IMG/VR virus record: IMGVR_UViG_3300027782_000025
Location: 210,626 to 274,625 of that record
DNA: 64,000 nucleotides
Reading direction: 5' to 3' (one strand)
Position numbers and translations under genes: made by a program. This document shows positions 59,901-64,000 of the stretch, one piece after another. The notes under the pieces are model-generated. The model saw only the letters and a program-made list of their open reading frames with translations, did not search any database and was not told where the DNA came from. Every line of letters begins with the position of its first letter. Positions within the stretch are counted from its first letter, which is position 1.

Positions 59901-60883
59901 AAAACGTTTATGTGACTAATTCAGGTGCAGACACAATCTCCATTTTTGCTGTTTGTGAGTTAACTCCAACACCAACCACTTCAGTCGGTGCCGTATTTGC
60001 TTTTGGTAATAATAGTTCGAATATAATCAACCTAGTTTCAGATATCGGTATTATCACTGAGGATATAAGCGTTGTTGGTACAGCTAGATATTCGGGGGCT
60101 GCGGCATCGTTCGGGACCAGCGGAACTGGCAAAGCGATCTTTGCATATGGTGTTAACGCTAGCACCCAGTCTGTTTCTTTATCGAACATCATATCCAGTG
60201 GCGGAACTGTGGCTTATGATACAGCTGGAGTAGGCACAGCAAGATATGGCTTAGCAGCTGCAGGATACGGAGCCGGCAAAGCACTATTTGGGTTTGGCGA
60301 TGCTGGAAAATATTTTCAGTCATACATTCCAGTAAGTATAACTAATCATGTCACTGACAATGGCATAATATCTTCAGATACCATAGGAGTTGGAACAACG
60401 AGATACGGCTTAGCTGCGGCTTCTTATGGCACAGACAAAGCAATATTTGGCTTCGGATTTAAAAACTCTCCTAATTTACATCTCTCTATAACTAATTTAG
60501 TATCGAATACTGGTGTTGTCTCGACCGACACGACTGGTGTTGGAACTGGTCGTCGTGATCTCGCCGCCGCTGGCTACGGAGGAGACAAAGCAGTATTCGG
60601 AGGCGGTAATGGTGATTATAATTCTGGTTCATTTGGCACCTATAATCTTGTCGATAATAATGGCATAGTTTTAAACAATAACACATTCGCGACATTCAGG
60701 CAATGGTATGGTTCAGCCTCTTCTTTTGGGCAATCTGGAGCAGAGCAAGCTATCTTTTCTTTTGGTTTTGTTCCTAACACCCAGACATCATTTACGCTGA
60801 TAATAAATAATAATGGAATACCAAGCAGCGAAGTCGCTCAGATCGGATCGGAGAAGCATAGTGCGTCTGGTGCTAAGTTATAA
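56954..60883 (+). CDS. 1309-aa appendage protein: RCC1 block, two lactonase-like propellers, DTxGVGTAR repeats
   Basis: GNNEYGQLG and GSNTRGQLG; [11 protein letters not shown]...ISIYxRNLTTGALTSAGTIATG blades; AIFGFG...GVGTARYGLAAAGYG repeats. Confidence 0.92.
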   Translation: MTTSNSLLLAGGNFYGQLGASSTLKPTFEYWAFSSKYGPWAKASTSDSGHTLLINIDQTLWASGNNEYGQLGIGTTGAGYTQFTKINDTIQWMDVATSNWGSYGLSTVGNLYIWGRQASNNFNPIVSITELVVLDYVGGKVKFKSLATGSGTNHMLLIDNDGQLWGWGSNTRGQLGLGDTSVRINPVLINANEWLSAAVGDSFSIVLRKDNTPWGTGANDSFQLGQGSFDSNDKTVLTAINTTSSSSKIITQIAAGTKSALALDNTGQVYGWGGNTYGELGLGHNLKVPDAALIQNLPGPASYIAIKDHSIIVVSNEMPTPTPCVAGELIIAGTVATAVNAYDLAISSDQKNVYVVHLTGDIISIYDRNITTGALTSAGTIATGESSTAVILSNDGINVYVVNSAGQTIFIYNRNLTTGALTSAGTIATEDAPRDIVASNDGKNVYVVNSQSNTVSIYDRNLTTGALTSAGTIATGDSPFNIAISNDDKNVYINESADELVIYNRDLTTGSLTSAGTIATEQGSWGIAVSSDDKNVYVVNGANGSSNTISIYIRNLSTGALASAGTIATGTGSLGIAVPNDGKNVYVVNSVSNTLSIYSRNTTTGALTIASTIATGSTPYNVIVSSDSRHVYVCNETDDIISVFTTCESTPTPTPTPTPTPTPTPTPTPTPTPTPTPTPTPCVVGDLISAGTIATGEYPASLALSIDQKNIYVTGNYAISIYNRNLTTGALTSAGTIAATSGTVDIVATVDNISVYAVSSDSNSILIYNRELTAGALTNFGTIATGTGPLSITATIDNMSVFAANSGDDTLSVYDRDITTGALTNIGTLATGDTPRDLAVSNDGKSIYVTNQNNNLISIYSRDLVTRVITSIGTIAAGSVPWGVVVSNDNDNVYVVNGGSNTISIYNRNLTTGTLTSAGTIATGDNPLKIAISNDDTKVYVTSYGINSLSIYNRNIVTGALTSVGFIAAGTTPYTVVVSNNNKNVYVTNSGADTISIFAVCELTPTPTTSVGAVFAFGNNSSNIINLVSDIGIITEDISVVGTARYSGAAASFGTSGTGKAIFAYGVNASTQSVSLSNIISSGGTVAYDTAGVGTARYGLAAAGYGAGKALFGFGDAGKYFQSYIPVSITNHVTDNGIISSDTIGVGTTRYGLAAASYGTDKAIFGFGFKNSPNLHLSITNLVSNTGVVSTDTTGVGTGRRDLAAAGYGGDKAVFGGGNGDYNSGSFGTYNLVDNNGIVLNNNTFATFRQWYGSASSFGQSGAEQAIFSFGFVPNTQTSFTLIINNNGIPSSEVAQIGSEKHSASGAKL
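58901..58996 (+). repeat. (Thr-Pro)16 repeat including perfect (ACACCA)9
   Basis: Perfect hexamer run 58943-58996. Confidence 0.95.
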
Positions 60884-60918
60884 TCTAAAGAGTAAATAGA
60901 TTATAAGGAGAAAATAAT

Positions 60919-61542
60919 ATGGCAAGCAAGTTGAATTCGGAATTTAATTATCGTTACCAAGTCCAAGGCGAGACAGTCTGGGAAAAAATTAAAACCCTAA
61001 AGGGTTTTCTAGAGGGCCGAATAAGGGCAGCAGCTCTTGAAGAAATTAGCGAAAAGAAATACCAAGCTAAACTACTCGAATTAGAGCATCTTAAAAAGAC
61101 TAATGCTTTACCGCACGTTATCCTTAATCTCGAAGCAGAGATTATGGAAACTGAAAGCTTTTTCCAAACACAGACTGAAGCTTTTAAATTGAATCTAGAT
61201 GAAATAGCTATCTTAAATAAATTATTGGCTGAAGCTTATGAAATAGCAGAGCCGACAAGGATAGAAGGATACACCGATGAGCAGATGTTCGAGGCAAATG
61301 CGGCAAATGAGTTCACAGTGATGATTGGTAAGGATATCCAAGCTGAGATAATTGCCCATGGCCGACCAAGCGCCGCAAAGATCAGAAATGCTATGTCTAA
61401 CCCTATGACGCTATTAGCACTTCAGAACGCTGGTCTGATACCTAAAGAGGCCATCATGCTTCGTGGTAACGATAGTCCGCTGTCTATAGAACTTAAGCCT
61501 GCTGCTTTAGAAGACCGCTCTACACAACAGCTGATCCAATAA
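60919..61542 (+). CDS. Coiled-coil hypothetical protein between fibre genes (candidate assembly factor)
   Basis: SD AAGGAG; helical, charged, 207 aa. Confidence 0.8.
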   Translation: MASKLNSEFNYRYQVQGETVWEKIKTLKGFLEGRIRAAALEEISEKKYQAKLLELEHLKKTNALPHVILNLEAEIMETESFFQTQTEAFKLNLDEIAILNKLLAEAYEIAEPTRIEGYTDEQMFEANAANEFTVMIGKDIQAEIIAHGRPSAAKIRNAMSNPMTLLALQNAGLIPKEAIMLRGNDSPLSIELKPAALEDRSTQQLIQ

Positions 61543-61621
61543 TATTATTAAATATAAATTTATTAAATCTTAACCGACAAAGATAAATAGTGATGGATTT
61601 ATCAGGTTGGAGTGAATATAA

Positions 61622-64000
61622 ATGGCATGGAAACAAGAGGCTATAATCTACCCCGGACGTAACGCTCCTCCAGCGCCAGTGCCGACACCGACACCGACTC
61701 CAACACCAACCCCAACCCCAACACCTTTCAGTGCTCTAAAATATATCGCTACGGCTGGAAAAATTGGTGGGTTCGACAGTCTTACACAAAAAGCCTGGAT
61801 AGCTAATAATCTAAATAGCTGGGTGCCTTTCGACCTGCCAGTTTCAGGCAGTTGGACCAACAGCATTTATGGTAATGGCAGATTTGTACTGGCCGATCTT
61901 AATACCAAGCGTATATCTTTATCATCCACAGACGGTATAAATTGGACGCAAGGAATAATACCGCCAGATTTTATATCAACTAACCCAAATCCGCCAAGAC
62001 CATTATTTGTCTACGCCGCATCAGCATATTCCAACGGTATCTTCATCGTCATGAGTGATGATGGTAATTCTTGCATAAGATCTACCGATGGCATAAATTG
62101 GGATTACATAATTATAAATACCGACAGACCAACCGGACCATCATCATATACCGGTATTGTTAATATTGCTGTTAATAACGTAAACACGATTGCTTGTAGT
62201 GACGGCTTTGGTGGAGTATTATACTCTACCGATAACGGTATAAATTGGACTTGGAAAAGGATACTCGGAGATGCTAATGATATTTACGGGTGGTATGGTA
62301 TCGCTTATGGAAAAGGCAAATTCGTTTTAATCCAAAATGGTGCGTCTTCTGGCACCAACACCAGAGGCAAAACCGCCATAACTAGCGATTTTATTTCTTT
62401 CACATATGGCAATATACCTAACGGTGGCTGGTATTTCGCTGGTTATAATCCTATCTTTGAAAAATATTACGCTTCTAGTTATAGCCCACGTAGCATTTAT
62501 TCTAGTGTGGATGGTTTAACTTGGTCTTTAGAAATATCTGAAGTATTAACCTCTAGTCCTTATGTCTTTGATGGTAATAATTTAATCGCGCCAAGCTATG
62601 TTTATTTGCCGCCTAATGGTGTATGGAAATATTTCAATATAGATCCAAACAATAATAGTAATGATTTTCTCGTCTCCGCTTCTTATACTGCCCCAACTCC
62701 TGCACCGACCCCAACACCAACCCCAACACCGACACCGACTCCTACACCGACACCGACACCGACTCCTACACCGACACCAACTCCTACACCGACACCAACG
62801 CCGACTCCAACGCCAACACCTACACCAACACCTACTCCTACACCAACACCTACTCCGGCATTTTCTGGTTCTAGCGTTTACATAGGAAATTCTACACAAA
62901 CACTTTCGATATTTTCGCGCGACGCTAGCACGGGGCTATTGTATGGTACATCTACAATTGCTTCAGGATCGTCAAGCGGTGCAACTATCAATGGTGTTTG
63001 TGTTTCCGCTGATGGTACAAACGTTTATGCCCTTGATGTTGATAACACTAGAATTTTAATATTTAATCGCGACATCAACACTGGAGAGTTAACAGCTAAT
63101 GGTATAATTAGCACAGGTAATGGTCTGTCTAGAGAAATTGCTATTTCTGCTGACGGCACATGCGTTTATGTGGTTAAAGTAGTTACGAGTAATGTCGAGA
63201 ATTTAGCCTTACTCTTCAATCGGAACATTAGTACAGGGGCATTATCAGCTGGGACTACAATAAGCACCGGAAACGATCCATCAGGAATATGCATTTCATC
63301 TGATGGCTCTAGTGTATATGTGGTTAATCAAACTTCTGAAACGGTTTCAATATTTTCTCGAAATACTAGCACAGGAGTATTAACTTCCAATGGCACAGTA
63401 CCCACAGATGTAAATCCTTGGAAAATCATTATTTCAGCAGATGGCGCAAGCGTTTATGTTCTTTATACAGACGCGAAAATGATAATTTTTTCTCGCAACA
63501 CTAGCACAGGAGCATTAACCGACAATGGAACGATTACATTATCGACTGGTATCAATCAGTATACATATGGTTTTTGCATTTCTGTAGATGGAAAAAACGT
63601 TTATGTGACTAATAATTATTTTAACGAAGTATTAATCTTTGATCGCAACACTTCCACAGGAGGGCTTACTTCTAATGGTAAATTAACCTTAGCAGGCTAT
63701 AATTACCCACAAAAGATTTGTATTTCAGCCGATGGGAAAAATGTTTATGTGGTTTGGTATGGTTCTAATAAAACGTCCATCTTAGACCGAAACACTAGCA
63801 CAGGGTCATTAAGCGAAAGTAGCATAATAGCGTCAGGAGATGGATTTTTAGGAATTTGCATATATCCTTTATCTAATTCACCAACGCCAACGCCAACGCC
63901 AACACCAACACCAACACCAACACCAACACCAACACCAACACCAACACCAACACCAACACCAACACCAACACCAACACCAACACCAACACCCACACCAACA
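61622..64000 (+). CDS. Modular appendage protein, 3' truncated (absent from the ORF track)
   Basis: ATG 61622 (GGAG upstream) opens [25 protein letters not shown]..., then STDGINW BNR-like repeats, a long PT tract, an SADGxxVY propeller and a PT tract; I saw no stop up to base 64000. Confidence 0.88.
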   Translation, partial: MAWKQEAIIYPGRNAPPAPVPTPTPTPTPTPTPTPFSALKYIATAGKIGGFDSLTQKAWIANNLNSWVPFDLPVSGSWTNSIYGNGRFVLADLNTKRISLSSTDGINWTQGIIPPDFISTNPNPPRPLFVYAASAYSNGIFIVMSDDGNSCIRSTDGINWDYIIINTDRPTGPSSYTGIVNIAVNNVNTIACSDGFGGVLYSTDNGINWTWKRILGDANDIYGWYGIAYGKGKFVLIQNGASSGTNTRGKTAITSDFISFTYGNIPNGGWYFAGYNPIFEKYYASSYSPRSIYSSVDGLTWSLEISEVLTSSPYVFDGNNLIAPSYVYLPPNGVWKYFNIDPNNNSNDFLVSASYTAPTPAPTPTPTPTPTPTPTPTPTPTPTPTPTPTPTPTPTPTPTPTPTPTPTPTPTPAFSGSSVYIGNSTQTLSIFSRDASTGLLYGTSTIASGSSSGATINGVCVSADGTNVYALDVDNTRILIFNRDINTGELTANGIISTGNGLSREIAISADGTCVYVVKVVTSNVENLALLFNRNISTGALSAGTTISTGNDPSGICISSDGSSVYVVNQTSETVSIFSRNTSTGVLTSNGTVPTDVNPWKIIISADGASVYVLYTDAKMIIFSRNTSTGALTDNGTITLSTGINQYTYGFCISVDGKNVYVTNNYFNEVLIFDRNTSTGGLTSNGKLTLAGYNYPQKICISADGKNVYVVWYGSNKTSILDRNTSTGSLSESSIIASGDGFLGICIYPLSNSPTPTPTPTPTPTPTPTPTPTPTPTPTPTPTPTPTPTPTPT
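62693..62857 (+). repeat. Longest PT linker-encoding repeat (55 codons)
   Basis: CCN-ACN codon pairs, degenerate at third positions. Confidence 0.93.
63881..64000 (+). repeat. (Pro-Thr)20+ repeat including perfect (CCAACA)15, runs off window
   Basis: Perfect hexamer run 63899-63988. Confidence 0.95.

Noticed and set aside
47449-63993. Antisense or alternate-frame ORFs with (GV)n, (RC/RS)n or His-rich repeats (e.g. 47449-47793, 54712-54948, 55642-55896, 58846-59028, 62582-62899, 62661-62885, 63745-63993)
   Set aside because: These are shadow frames of the PT-encoding repeats.

Overview
This window is a 64 kb segment of a large (jumbo/huge) tailed bacteriophage genome. It is AT-rich, densely and mostly + strand coding, with Shine-Dalgarno sites and translational coupling, and it uses the standard genetic code. 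(1) 1-22 kb is a replication/recombination region: a 5'-truncated actin-like ATPase, a DNA polymerase III alpha (DnaE) split into two genes through its active site, RecA, a DnaB/gp41-type helicase, a GroES-like protein, a minimal family-A polymerase, UvsY-like and gp32-like proteins, a PD-(D/E)XK resolvase, KdsB and many Cys/Zn proteins. (2) 22-29 kb is a cytoplasmic glycan-building cluster: four glycosyltransferase-like genes, a sulfotransferase and GDP-mannose 4,6-dehydratase. (3) 29.6-64 kb is a virion region: a gp13-like neck protein, then about ten fibre/appendage genes (up to 3921 aa). These are built from shared N-terminal anchor domains (YAGGxNG type, Mtd_N type) and shuffled RCC1, lactonase-like propeller, BNR-like, FG-GAP and YadA-like modules joined by (Pro-Thr)n linkers. 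The best candidate for an undescribed system is a modular appendage kit that may be phage-glycosylated/sulfated and disulfide-clamped, with PT-encoding microsatellites acting as in-frame shuffling connectors. The intein-free split DnaE is the second highlight. All family calls are from motif recognition by eye; no database searches were run.
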